Assembly (NCBI GenBank): GCA_028534125.1
Contig: CM052817.1
Span: 94,180,001-94,244,000 of the forward strand
Direction: 5' to 3'
Source of the DNA: Lama glama
Lineage: Eukaryota
DNA length: 64,000 bases
A model generated the notes under the pieces. That model worked only from the letters and a program-made list of their open reading frames with translations. It searched no databases and had not been told where the DNA came from. Made by a program: the position numbers and the translations under genes. Shown one piece after another: positions 25,796-39,105 of this stretch. How positions within the stretch are numbered: position 1 is the stretch's first letter; each line of letters opens with the position of its first letter.

Positions 25796-27539
25796 GGAGT
25801 GGAGCTTAATCAAGTGCAGCCATTATTTTATTTATTAGAAAATAAGATTTCAAGGGAGGGCCTAAGTATCCTTGCTAAAGGGGAAGAGGAAGAGTCGTTG
25901 CAGCACCAAATGTGTGTCTCCCCTAATATGTTAGTTGTCTTTTGAGGGAGGGGGTCCTTTCAGGGTTAAACCACAAATCCAGGTAAGCCTGGAGGCAGAG
26001 GAGAAGGGGTGGGTGGAAGGCTGTAGAAGGGGTGGGAATGTGATAAAGGGAGTGAAGGCTGACTAGCTGTGTCCTTTCTCAGCCGCCACTAACAAGAAAG
26101 GCCTGCTCTGTAAATAAAACTTAACCCCTTATCTGACCCAGCAAGGACAAAGTACAGAGGCCTCTGGAGAAACTTATTCCAGGAGCAAGGAAGTTATTTC
26201 AAAGCCCAGAAAAAAAAGGCAGAGAAGAGGGAACTTCTCCAGAGAAGCCTGAACTTGAGCAGAGACTTACTTATCTTGATTTTTCTCTTTCAAAAATATA
26301 CTTTGCAGTATGTGAAGGAAAAAAATATTCGCTGAAATATTCAGTGAATATTTCAAGTAAAAAAAAAATGACTCCATAAGCAACTTTTCTCAACAGAAGA
26401 TTTGCACAAGTTCTTGAGGATCTCCAAGTTGGGGTAAAGTTCTAGTGTTACAGCAAATATTTTTAAATGCTTGTAAAATTGATCTCCAAGTTATTTTTAT
26501 TCATGTGCTTTTAGCAATTGCTAAGAAACAGAAGGCATGAAATGATATTCTGAGTGGCTATGTAATATTTTTAAAATCTACAATTTGAGGCTTGGAGGTA
26601 ACTTACACTGGACTCTCTTATATGCGAGTAATGCTCAAATGTGAGCAGACATCAGTTTTTGTTTTTATGAGTAACATTTTGCATAACTGCTGAAAATAGC
26701 TGCAGCTTTTTTTAACAGATGGTCCAAAAGTTGACAGGAAAGAATTTAGGTCTCTCAGTTTTTATTTTTCCCCCACCAAAGTGGCAAAAATAAATAAGAG
26801 CACCCACCCTGAACCAAATTTCATGTAAATGTTTACCTCTAAGGTAGTAAGGTTCCTAAGAGGTGGGATTTTGTAGATTGACCTGTTGGACTCGGTAGAG
26901 TCAAAAGTCAAAATAGTGCTTAAATCCCTAGTTTCTGGTGCGTTTATCAAAATGATTGCTATGCGGTTGAAATTGAGCTTTTGCTTTTTAAAGGAAAATT
27001 CAGTTGTGGAGAAATATATGGAGCCTACAAAAACTTATTTCAGAAGTGCTGACACCTTAAGAGGGTGGTCAGTGGTGATGGCGTGTTAATGTTTTATGTG
27101 AGTAGGACCTTGCCGGTGGCCCAGGAAGAATTCCAATTGATGAAGTTCAGATTCTTATGATTTCCAAATTCCTCAGAGGTCTTGGACTGGTAGTTAATTA
27201 GTTACTCTTCTTTAGTTTCCGACGTTGAAAATAATGAATATTTTGATCATTCAACAATGAATCTGTGTTTATGAGGGGCTTTGAAAAGGAAGACATTTCT
27301 TTAATACTCAGATGGTGCTGTTAGAATCAGTGAGCAGATTACAATAGTAGTTCTGTCCAACAGATAAAGTTAGAAATATCCAGAATTTTCCCTGTGTGAA
27401 GTACTAGGTCATTGAAGCTCACTTAGATTTTTGTTTTTCAGTAATTCCCATTAGTGATCATTGTACCTGGTTCATATCTGTATGTCCTTGCGCGTGTTCA
27501 CAAACCCCCTTCAGTTCTTTGATTCTGATGTTTGCATTT

Positions 27540-28016
27540 TCTTTTTTTAATTGAAGTATAGTTGATGATATATGTTATAGGTGTGCAGTATAGTGATTCA
27601 TAATTTTTAAAGGTTATACTCCATTTATATTTATTATAGAATGCTGCCTATATTCCCTGTGTTGTACAATATATCCTTGTAGCTTATTTTATACCTGCTA
27701 GTTTGTGCCTCTTAAACCCCTCCCCCATATTGCCCCTCCCCCTTTCCTCTCCCCACTGGTAACTACTAGTTTGCTCTCTATATATGAGTCTGCTTCTTTT
27801 TTCTTATATTCACTAGTTTGTTGTATTTTTTAGATTCCACATATAAGTGATACCATACAGTATTTATCTTTCTCTGTCTGACTTTTTTCACTTTGCATAA
27901 TACCCTCCAAGTTCATCCATGGTACTGCAAATGGCAAAATTGTGTTCTTTTTTTATAGCTGAGTAGTTTTCCATCGTGTGTACATATATGCATATGTGTG
28001 TATATATATGTATATG

Positions 28017-28047
<31 letters not shown>

Positions 28048-28100
28048 CACATCTTCTTTATCCATTCATCTGTTGATGGACACTTGGGTTGCTTCCAAAC
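27540..28100 (-). mobile_element. 5'-truncated L1 with 11-bp TSD and internal (TA)/(CA) microsatellite
   Basis: ORF2 remnant WKQPKCPSTDEWIKKMW; TSD tgtttgcattt at 27529-27539 and 28101-28111. Confidence 0.92.
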
Positions 28101-28278
28101 TGTTTGCATTTGCTTTACCTTTATTGTTTCAGTGACAACCCACGATTGATAGCTCTCGGGCATTCATGGACTCCAGATTATAAATTGCCTATCTGGAATC
28201 TCTCACTTTAGCTTCTGTCTGAATTTGTCCAAATGAAAAATCATAAAATGGCCCATATGAATTAATAAAATCATAGCC

Positions 28279-28466
28279 CAGGGGTCAGCAAACTACATCC
28301 TGTAGGCCTGATTATGTCTAAGAAGGCTCTTTACAGTTCTAAAAGATTGTAAAAAACAAATAAATAAAAACAAGAAGAATATGAGTCATGGACCATGTGT
28401 AGCAATTGTGCAATGCCTGAAATATTTACTACCTGACCCTTCATGAAAGGGTCTGCTGCCCCCGTC
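28279..28466. mobile_element. MER58-like hAT fossil
   Basis: caggggtcagcaaactac...gcctgaaatatttactacctgacccttc...tgctgcccccg. Confidence 0.7.
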
Positions 28467-28479
28467 ATAGACAGATGTC

Positions 28480-28730
28480 TAATGTTAAGTGGTTAAGGCA
28501 CAGACTATGGGGCCAGGGGACATTGGTTCAAATTCTGGCTTTACTACTTCCAGTATGATCTTGAGCAAGTCACTTAATGTCTCTCTGGCTCATTTTCTCA
28601 CCTAGGAATGGGAGTAGTTACAGGGCCTACCTCATAGGGTTGTGGTGAGAACTGTGTTCATAGATAAAGTGTTTAGAGCAATGCCTGGTATTTAGGGAAT
28701 ATATCTTAAATGTTAATGATTATTACTAAC
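28480..28730 (+). mobile_element. MIR, near full length
   Basis: gtggttaaggcacagact...ggttcaaattctggctttactact...cttgagcaagtcacttaa...cctacctcatagggttgtggtgag. Confidence 0.85.
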
Positions 28731-30503
28731 TGTTGTGATGGGGAAAGACTTTAGAGATCATCCAGACTAGTCTTTGCTTTCAACTGGTGAATGTCCAAAT
28801 TATGAAAGACAATTTTCTGTTTACTGCATCAAGAAGGAAGGCCCATTTGCTTTCTAATAGTGTCTGCTTTACTGAAAAAAGAAGTCAAGACAGATCTGTA
28901 CTCAAATGTAAAAAAAAAAAATGCTTGAAAGCATCAAAGGAAACAATAAAGATACTCACTTTTTAGGTGAAAAAAAGAATGTTAAATGTGACACTTTAAG
29001 ACCAAGCAAACAGACATTCTTTGATATGCTTATGACAAGAAGAAATAAAGTGGAAATGAGAGAGATCGGGGAGAGGATAATGGTTCAGGAGTGAAAGAGG
29101 GGGAAACAAGAACACGAAAAGCAGTCAGCAGAAGAGAAGAAAGATTTAGATGGAAAAGGAGGCTGGCCGTTTCTCCAGGTCAGCCAGTGTTAACATCTCC
29201 CCTTCCCTGGGGAGCCCACCTTTATGATTCTGTGTGTCCAGTTTAATTGCTCCCATTTGAGGGGAAGCATGTTGCCTTTTGTTTGATTATTTTCCTGTGC
29301 AGAAATAAATCTTCAGCACCAAGTCAACTAATGTTTCCTGAACATGCATTATATGTATGCTCCCTCAGAACACCTGTCACATACGTATGCAAAATCATCA
29401 TAATCTGTATATTCCTCTGTGAAGCCAAGTAATTGTGTTCCCTTTGGGCACTTGCCTTCATCGTCATCATTATCATCATAAAACATCTGTTGGATGCCTG
29501 AAAACCTCTCTTCATCTTCTCTAATACCTCCTGATTCGCTCCCCCTGGCTCTCCCAAGTAGGAGAAGAACAAACTTGCTTATTTACAAAATGTAGAAAAT
29601 GTTAAAAGAAACAAACAAAAAATGAAGTACAATTCATTCTTTCTTTCCCCTTCTGTTTCACTCGAGTCGTTTACTCTGTTTGTGGATATTGGACCGAAGA
29701 GATGAGTGTTCCAGGATTGGTATTTAATGATGTCAGGGGACTTGAAGTAATGGAGATTACACGGTGAAGCCGCACATTGATTATTATTACCTCATCTTAT
29801 TAGCTGATGGAGACCTTTGAGTGGACAAGATTGCAGGGCTTTCAAGCCTGCAGCTCCCAGAACCTGATCCTGAGAGCTTGATACTTGTCCCTGCCCAGTG
29901 GGACTGTGTTAAGAATAGCGGCAGCTTAGTGTACTAGAATACGTTTTACGGGAGTGCTAAAACTATGTCCCTCATCCTTCCAACCGACCGTTCAGATAAG
30001 GTGAGCCCCTTCAGATCCACTTTAGCCTTCCTTCGTGGCAGTTACAGAATTGAAGCCAGTTCTGCTGGTTTACTTGTGTTTGTCTTCTCCGCCAGAATTT
30101 AAGTTTGCTGAGGTGGGCAGATTTTTGTTTCTCGAACCAATAATGTTCCTCTAGGAGCTAGAACAGTGGCACATGGAGGTGCTCGATAAATATTTTTAGA
30201 TGAGTGAGTGAATGAATAAATATAGTAGTTATTCATTATTTCCAATGAAATATCTACCCCAGAGCATATAGGTTGCTAGTTGATGTCATTTTAGATGTTT
30301 TTGTGCTAAGAATATTTTAAATTTCGAATGAATTGTTTAAACTGTTGAGTATACAAAAGGGAAGTTGAACATGAAACCCACATTTTCATGGGTTGATACT
30401 GTAACTTAAATGGCAAACAGTGAGACTGTTAGAAAACACCCATGGCTCAGGCAGTGAAAGCCTTTAGTTGCAACTAAAAATGTTTGAGAAGGCTTTTAAA
30501 ATA

Positions 30504-30786
30504 CAGTTGTCCATTGGTATCTGAGAGGGATTGGTTCCAGGACCCTCCTCGGATACTGAAATCCACGGATGCTTAAGTTCCGTATATAAAATGGCTTAGT
30601 ATACGTCCTCCCGTACACTTTAAATCGTCTCTTGATTACTTGTGACACCTAATACAATGTAAATAGTTGCTGGAGTGTTAAATTGAAGTTTTGCTTTTTG
30701 GAACTTTCTGGAAGTTTTTCTTTTTCCTGAATACCTTCGATCTGAGATTGGTTGAAATTGGATGTGCAGATGTGGAGGGCAGACTG
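30504..30786 (+). mobile_element. MER2-like (TcMar-Tigger) MITE with TA target duplication
   Basis: TA|cagttgtccattggtatc...gattggttccaggacc...gatgtggagggcagactg|TA; imperfect TIRs. Confidence 0.88.
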
Positions 30787-33700
30787 TATTGTTGTTACCT
30801 TTATTCTCAGAGAATAGCATAATGAATACTAATTTTTAAAACAGTGCTTTTTCAAATTGCAGTGGCTTATAAAATGCCCTGGTGCTGTCTTTAAAGCACG
30901 CCTTCCATATACCCTGTCTTAAGGTTTGGAGGTAATAGAATGAGGAGTAAACCAAGAAGGAAGGCGCAGCCTGCAGGGTTTGGTGGACCCACCCTGGGAA
31001 AGCAAGGCAGGAGCTCCCAAGAGGAAAGCCCGAGGGCACCCATTTCTGGGCAGGCAGAGGGGCGGAGCAGGGGGGATTCCAGCAGAGAGGATCTAGGAAG
31101 GGAGAGGATTGATAAAATGGGAATTGCAATGGGGGGCTTGGAAAAAGTTGAAGATCTGATAAACACAATTGGTGAGGTTGAAAACAGAGACTCCATCAGA
31201 CCTCTCCCCAAGGAGCATTCTCCGTTGCGTGGCTCCGGGGGTAGCAACACTGACACTGGACCAGCAGCACTGGACCGCCCTAACTTGGGACTATAGGAAA
31301 CAGCACATCCATGGTTATGAGAGTGTAAATGCCCTTTATTGATTTTAAACTCTTAGACTCAACTATTAGAATAAGAAAAAAAACAGATATCGAGGTGATT
31401 ATAGAACAGATTGTGTGTGTTATCAGCCTTGACGATGTCAAAGTTTGTGTACGACAGATGAAAATTAGACAGCAGAAGGGCATGAGGGAAGATGGGCGAG
31501 AGGATGAGAACATTGTTCCGGGAAAGTTACCCTTCTGTGCCTGATGAGCTACCCAGGGGTTTAGTATGTGGCTGGAAGTCCCTGTGATGGAGGGACTGGA
31601 GCTGGTGGTATCACAGCTTTGGGAGGGAGGAGGGGAGAGGCAGCAGAGGGAAAGTGAGCTGCCTCTCCAGGCTGGACTTCAGCAGATAATGTCTAAAAGT
31701 GACAAGTCACATGTAAGTGTAGTACTGGGAAATCTGAAGTATCTGAGTGTCCTGGCTTATAAGAGACTGGACTCAGCTCAGACGGTTCAGATGCAGACTG
31801 TAATGAAAGGACAGTGTATGGTGCTGTGAGCTGGGTTTGGGATGAGGGTTCTTATACCCTTAGGGCTGGAAAGACAGTGGAAGAAATAATAAATGCTAAT
31901 TTAGAAACTATATACAAGACGAGTGAGCTCTGGAGCAACGTGGTGTGACCCCACCCACCCACCCAGGGGCACTATGCGTAGGAACTAGGCAACCATTGCT
32001 GGCAACTAGGAGTTAAAGCCAGGAGATTAGGTGGGGTGGGGGGGTGGAATAAATCCACTCAGCCCCTTCCCAAACACAGAGAAGGGCAAAGAATTGGGGG
32101 GATAGTGCTAAACCAAGAATAACCAACTCAGGGTAACCACTGAGAGAAGCCAAAACAGTTCTACTTTTAGAGTAGAGCGGCGTGGGGGAAGGGGGGCGAG
32201 GATGCTTGCGGTGGGGATGACTGCATTGCCTGATAAGCTCTTTTGTACCATTTGATGTTTTAACTTCCTACAAGTATGCACTCCATAGAACATTTTTATA
32301 TAAATACTTTTATTCAGCACCTTTTATTTGATCTAAAGCGCTGCAGCTTGGTGGACTGGAGAGACTCGGTCTGCTCTCAAGTTGCTTAAAATCCACTTGG
32401 AGAGAGAAGATGCTAGACAGACCAGCAAACAAAATAGTAAATATGATCCCAAGTTGTGATTAACGCTGTATGTTTCCCATTCCCAGCATGCAGAAAGTCA
32501 CTGCTTCTTGTGTAGACTTAAGTCTTTAATAATGATACTGCACTGATTTTCAAAATATAGTTACTTGGGAATGGAAACCGTTCTTTCTTGAGTAGCTTGT
32601 TTTGCTCTAAGTATAATACACGACATGCTGAAAACCAGATATACAGATGGAACAGCTGCCTCTTCATTGTTTTGTTCCTTTGTTACGTTTTAATGAATGA
32701 TTTGAACAGACTCTGAAACATTAAATTAGATATATAAGCATACTTTAAGAATTATATCATACTGTTAGCATATTTAAAACTTAGTAGTGATATCATTATC
32801 TAAAAATAGTAAGTTTTAAGAAAGTCAGTTATTTTAGCTGCTTTGCCCTCTATAAATAATTTGGTAGTAAAACAGACAACAGATAAAAATTAACCCGAGG
32901 CTCCATGTCCAAGTCTAGAGAGCTGGGAAAATCCGCGCCCCCCCCCTTCCTTGTTCCTGACATAGAGACCTTGATGGTTAGATAAAATGTTTCAGGGGTC
33001 CTTGCTGGAAATTTGCCTTTCCTTGCTTTTCTGGCAGAGATGTGAGCAACAGAAGAGAACTTGGGAAAAGCATTAGCAGTGTAGGAGTTTCTTCTGTTTT
33101 CTTGATACTTCCTGTTGCTGAGGGTTTGTCCAAAGGGGAAAGATAAATGAACGGAGGGAGACGGATGTCAGCCGTCTCCTCATTCACAACAGACTGAGAA
33201 CAGAAAAATTTTCACTCTTGTGTTCCTCTATCCTGAGCATTTGCTTATTAAAAGAAACCTTGACTACATCTCTCGGGTCCCTCTGTTTCCTCCATGAAAA
33301 AGCGGGTGAGGGTGTTTAAAGCTGATACTGCGTTACATGTAAGATGTAGTCATAAATCACTGGAAGGGAACTGTTTTTAGAACCTGCCAGAATTATCGTA
33401 CTAATGCACTCCTACAGAGGGCATTAAACAGAGTAATTAAGGGAACTCTGTTTATCTTAGTGCCTTTATTCACCTCTGAGTGTTTTTCGTGTGGGTCCTC
33501 TCATTTGATTTTTTTTTTTTAACACAATTCTGGGATACAGAGTTCTCACCAACACTGGAGGAGCTGTAGATGTTCAAGTGCTTACATATGGGAAAAAATC
33601 TAGTATCACCTCTCCAGAAACCATTTTGTTTAAAATAATCTTGAGTTATTAGGCATTCTGACTGCTCTGGAAGTTAAGAAATGGAACCACTGGATACTGG

Positions 33701-34544
33701 AGCCCAGACACTAGGTCTACTACTTGTATCTCCCTTTAAGGGAAGATTTTCTGATGTTTCGTTCATTGGGTGTCGTTTGTGTAACCCTGGCTGGCTGGCT
33801 GGCTTGTTACAAGGCGGGGGTCACGTAATGGGTTGTTTTCCTAAGTCAGTAGCAGTGTCTGTCATCTTCATATTTAAGGAATTGTACATGTTAGTGCGAA
33901 ACTCGAGCATAGAATGGGCAGCCAGTTTAGAGGAGAGTCAGCTGTTGCTGGTGATGAGATCATAGACAGAACCCGCGCCCCTTTCCAGACAGAAAGATCC
34001 CCATGGAGATAAGCCTGCTTTCCGGGAGGAGTCACTCAGCCACGCCTGCCATTCCTGAAGCGGAGTCTCTCTTTCACTTTACCTGTCCCTGGACTCGAAG
34101 AACTGTGGAAATGAACCCATAGCTTTCCAGAGTCATCTTTATGGAAATAATTTTGTTTTAGCTGCTTGTGACTAAGAAACCTGAAAACCAAAAATTAAAG
34201 CAGACCGACCAGGTCAACTTAGAAACTAGCAGTTAGTAAATTGTCTTCTTAAATAATGAGACCCACATAACACTTAGATGCAATTTAGAGATCTAACTTT
34301 CCTTAAAAGGTAATGATCAAAAGTCCAAAGGTGCACAAGGAAACAGGGAACCTACCTACGATGAGCCAAGACTTTTGTCTTTGGGATAAGAGCGTTGAAT
34401 AGGAACTTTCTGTTCCTGAGTAACTGATCTGTAGAAGTCCAGAGTCGCTTTGTGCTCTGTGCTTTGTTCTGTTCTGTTCTGTTTTTGTTTTTACTGATTT
34501 CTGTAGTGCCTGCCTTTCTTATGTTTTCTCTGCTCATAAGGACT

Positions 34545-34558
34545 CCACTAGGGGGCAG
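34545..34558 (+). promoter_or_regulatory. Candidate CTCF site
   Basis: CCACTAGGGGGCAG fits the core consensus CCASYAGRKGGCRS at every position. Motif only; binding unknown. Confidence 0.6.
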
Positions 34559-36611
34559 ACAAAAGAATGGAGAAGAAAGGAAACCTATTCAGTGAATTGC
34601 ATTCTCTATGATTTTATGCCCTGTGTTTGCTGCTCCTTCTGGGTAACCTGGGGGAAAAGTTTTCCGATTTAGTTATATTTCATATAATAGCATTTAAAGT
34701 GGTTTTAAATGATGCTTATTTCTACATTTAAGGTGTAAACATATTTATACAAGTTTAATGGAAATTTTTCGATCAATTCATTGTCATTCTAACATGTTTC
34801 CACCATCAACCCTCAAGCCACTTAATAATTATTTATGGATGTTTGTAATGATGGTCCCTATAAGGTTCACCTTATACATGAAGATGCTCATTCATTCACT
34901 CAGTCACCACTCATTGAGCCCCTACTTTTGCCAGGCGTCATGTGTGTTAGATTTTGAGATTAGAGCAAGAAAGAGAGAGCTCCTAGGACGCTGATATAAA
35001 CAAATGGTAACTTATGGTTGTCCTCTAAGCCATTTGGTGAACAGACTAGGCTGAAAGGAACCAGAAGCGATTCTCAATGGCTGCCATGCTGGATAGTTAT
35101 TATTTCTGATTATTCTTTTCCAGTTGCTCCTAGAAGTTAGAATGCCGTATAGTGTGGGGGCTTCAGTGCCACGTTTAGGTGGCGAGCTAGAGATGTTGTG
35201 TTTTTCATTCTTCCTTTGTCTTTGCCGCACCAAGAACTGGATCTAGTTACCCACAAGTCATTTACTTCAGCCAGCCTAGGGTTACATAATCTTAATCTTT
35301 AAATGAAAATCTCATTGCTTTCCGTTTTCGTGGGCAATTATTCAACAAAATACAGAGCAGTGCTTTTGTTTTTATTCTCTTTTTTTTGTTTTTAGCTTTT
35401 TTAAAGCTAGTCAAATTTTAACTAGAGACATTTTGTTTCTCCCCAACTTCCCCTCTATTTTTGCAACAAACTATCCTATGTTCATTGTAGATAGTCTATA
35501 AATTGATTGCCTAAACTTTCCATTTTTAAAGTATAAACATTTAAATGGCCGAGAAGTCAAGGTATTTATTCTGAGAGTGTCTTCGGGGTACAATGCCTAA
35601 CGTAAGTTAAACTATCAAAAGATCTTTTTTTCTGGAATAAATTCTTCATCCGTTAGATTTGATAAATCTTTCTCTACAGCATGAGGTCACCATTATTGGT
35701 AAACAAGTGGTAGTATTTCTTTGGAGAAGATTATACATATTTGTTTTGGTCATTATTTGCTTAGAGCATCAACTGCCAACTGTAGCAAGTTGGACGAAGC
35801 CCAGCAGGACGTTATTTGAGTTATCATTAAATATCTTAATTGCTAGAGTTTATCTGGGACGCTGTGCTGAGAAAGCTCATGGTAAACAAATGTCTTGCAT
35901 TTTCACAGGTGTTAAATGTGTTTCCTTAATCAAGTTTCAGAAAGGATTTCAGTGAGGGCTTCACATTTATGTCCATAATTCTAGCATGATGAGCGAGACC
36001 TAGAAAAAGTCACAATAAGTGGAATATTAAGGAATTAAAATCTTAAACCAGAGAATTTTAAACTTTTGAAAGAAGTGTGGCTTATGAAACCGAAGATACA
36101 TTCATTTTTATTTAAAAAGTTAGCTACTTAAAAACTATGTATGTATATGAATAAAAATCAGATGAAAATATGGAAATATATACATATTTTTGATGGTGGT
36201 AGAATTATATATAATTTCCCCTAATTTTCTGTTGAATTTATTGTTGCTATAGCTTATTAAAAATAAATTTGTTAAGAAAATGTTCATACGACTTAAACAG
36301 TTTTATTCTGGAGAACACTTCACTTTGATATTGGCTAAACTCCGGAAATAAAGGTTCCATCACAGTGGTTTAAAAGGCATAGATATTTGAAGTTTATAAC
36401 TTACAAGTGTAGGGCTAAGTCTGTTGCTATAGATTTTTCTTTCTCTCATTTTTTTAATAGCTACTAAATTGTAAAGATTTCTTAAAATTAAATGCAGAGG
36501 ATAAAAGTTAAATAAATCTTACCCAGAAATTAATGACAAAAATAATTTCGTATAACTTAAAGTGATCAAATAGACATTTTTTTCTACATGAATAAAATAC
36601 TCCTTCAAATC

Positions 36612-36700
36612 TTTTTTTTTTTAAATGGAGGTACTGGAGATTGAACCCAGGACCTCATGCATGCTAAACAGGCACTCTACCACTGAGCTATTTCCATCCT
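36612..36700 (-). mobile_element. Vic-1-like SINE, short form
   Basis: PolyT then aaatggaggtactggagattgaacccaggacctc...ctaccactgagcta; degenerate TSD ccttcaaatcttt / cctttgaatcttt. Confidence 0.9.
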
Positions 36701-37504
36701 GCCTTTGAATCTTTAATAGTGTTAGTACCCCGCCCCGCCCCTCCCCCCCCTAGGCAATCCCAGTTGATGTGAGCATGATGGGTTTTCGTTGGAAATTTTC
36801 CCCGTGTTTGATTTAGAATTTTCACTTTTCAGGAACAGGACAAGAACAAGCCTACAGTCAGTGTACCAGCTGGGACGTGGGGGCTCTTACGCATTTGTGT
36901 ATGTTCCACCTGACTTTCTGTCTACACATATCTATTTCAGTAGCACCAACAGTCTTGGGAAAGGGGCAGGGACTGGATTGGAGGGTGGATATATTGAGTG
37001 GAAAAAATACAGGCAGGATATCCCTTTTCAGAATTTCATGACGGTCTGGTCCCACCACAGAGAGTTAGGGGGCTGTGGTCTTCCGAAGCCCTCTCATTGA
37101 ATGGGAGAAGAGATACCATCTTCTCCTGCTCGTCTTCTCCATTCCAGATCCACCTTAAATACCACCAATTATATATTTTAAAGCAAAACACTGAAGTGTG
37201 AATTTCTGTGGTGAAGTGTAGGATGTCCCAGTGACGCCTCTAAAAACCCAAAGCCAATCCCTGTGCTCCAAACTCAAGGTTTGTATTTGGAAAACAGTGT
37301 GGATCCTGTCTTTTTAAAATGCTGTAAACATGTTTGTGTGGTTATTTTTAGCTTTTGCAGACTTTAGTGAACTTCCAAGTTGGCAAGTCAGACACAGTCA
37401 GTTGTCTGTTACCTCAGATGCCAGCATTTTGTGAATAACTCTGATTGTCTAATATAGTTAAAGCAGATGAGGGTGTAAGTTATCTTGTGTCAACTACATG
37501 TCAT

Positions 37505-37597
37505 GTATCTATATACATATTATTATACATTATATATAATATATATATTATATTTATATATATAATATATATATTATATATTATTATATTATATTAG
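37505..37597. repeat. AT-rich (TA)n/(TATTA)n low-complexity tract
   Basis: Directly visible. Confidence 0.9.
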
Positions 37598-38954
37598 CTT
37601 CTGTGAACTATATAACTTGGGTAGCAGTTTTGGTTGTAGTTCAAGATGAGTTGGGTCCTGCCAAATGGTACTGGCAGAAACAGCTAGTCTTTTTCTCTCT
37701 CCCCCAACCCTTCTCTCTGGGTCCTTAAGCATTAAATCATGCACACACAAATCCTTACAGTCGCTGTTGTTTTCAGTCCATTGTATCTACTTCCTGTTGG
37801 TCAAAGGTTGTGAGGCTTGGGTGGTGTAGAGGGAGCTGGAAAGTTGACAGGAAAAAGAAAGCCGGGCTCATTTTAGGGCCAACACATCAAAGAACGGGCA
37901 AGATAGCACTGATTTGTTGAACACAAGGAGAGGTAAACGATCAACAGCTTTTCTTGTGGGGTGAGATCATTATCTACATGTTACATGAATGAAAAAGTGT
38001 TTTTCCCCAAAGAATTGGGTCTTAACAAAAGGTTATGACCCCCTACCCAGCCTGGTCATAGAGGGAAGGGAGGGCGTCAGCAGCCCCACCTGGGCTGAAT
38101 CTTCCACGTTCACGTCAGAGACCCTCTTGGTTCTGTTATCTGTGGAGTAGCTTTTGTATCATGTTCAACTTTGTGCTTAGTTCTCCTCTTTGGGCGAGGT
38201 TATTTTTCCTTGCATCTTCAACTTAATGTGTTTCATAGTCAGTGACTCCAGAATGCATAATTTATCTCTTTGGAAGTATGTTTTTCTAAGGAAACCTTTC
38301 ATTGCCGCACATCTTTTGTTCTGGAAGCTTTAGACAGAATTTTATGTTGAGAAGAAAATTACACTAAGAGGTATTTTGGCCTATTACATATAAATACCAT
38401 TATGGAAATTTGAATTTTGTTTTGTAACACTTTAGTGCTTTTCCTCTAGTTCACAATGTGCAAGTATTGTTTTTGAACCGTGATCCAAATATCAGCGTGT
38501 TACTTAATCATAAATTGTGAATGTTCAGTAACAAACTTAGAGGCAAAAAATGAGAATGTTTTTGCCGGAAACTCAAAATGCTAGCTTTACTCCAGAATTA
38601 ATTATTTTGGATTGGATAGCTGAACAGGAAATAGAGCTTAGGGATTTATTGGGTTTGTGGAAGATACATTTTTTAAAATTACAGGTTGGTTTTGGTGTTA
38701 TATTCTTTTTAAGTCACTGTTTCAGCAAACATGTTCTTTTCAAAAAAAATAACAAAAACAACATAGATGACATGCATGGTAAGTTTGTGAGATCCAGTAA
38801 AAATCAGGAAATAGATTCACATAATTGTTAGCATCTCGGGCCCAGCAGCCCACAGTAACCCTGCTCAGTTTCAGTATTGTGGGTTTTCTTATTTAGAGCT
38901 GTAGTCTCTTTAGCAGTTGTTATTGCTTCGCCCTCAAAGAAAGGGACTTTAAAA

Positions 38955-39105
38955 CTGCACTGCCCAGTGGTAGCTACTGGGCACTATGCGGCTAAATTAA
39001 ATTATGTGAACTAGAAAATCAGTTCCCCAGTTGCACGAGCCACTTTTCAAGTTCTCTGTAGCCACGCGTGCAATTAGAATTTGTATCTGTGCTGGAAACT
39101 TCTGT
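38955..39105. mobile_element. MER3/MER33-like hAT fossil
   Basis: aaaatcagttccccagttgcacgagccacttttcaagttctctgtagccac. Confidence 0.6.

Noticed and set aside
31505..31520. agaacattgttcc as a steroid-receptor element
   Set aside because: Half-sites are 1 nt apart, not the 3 nt needed for GRE/PRE.
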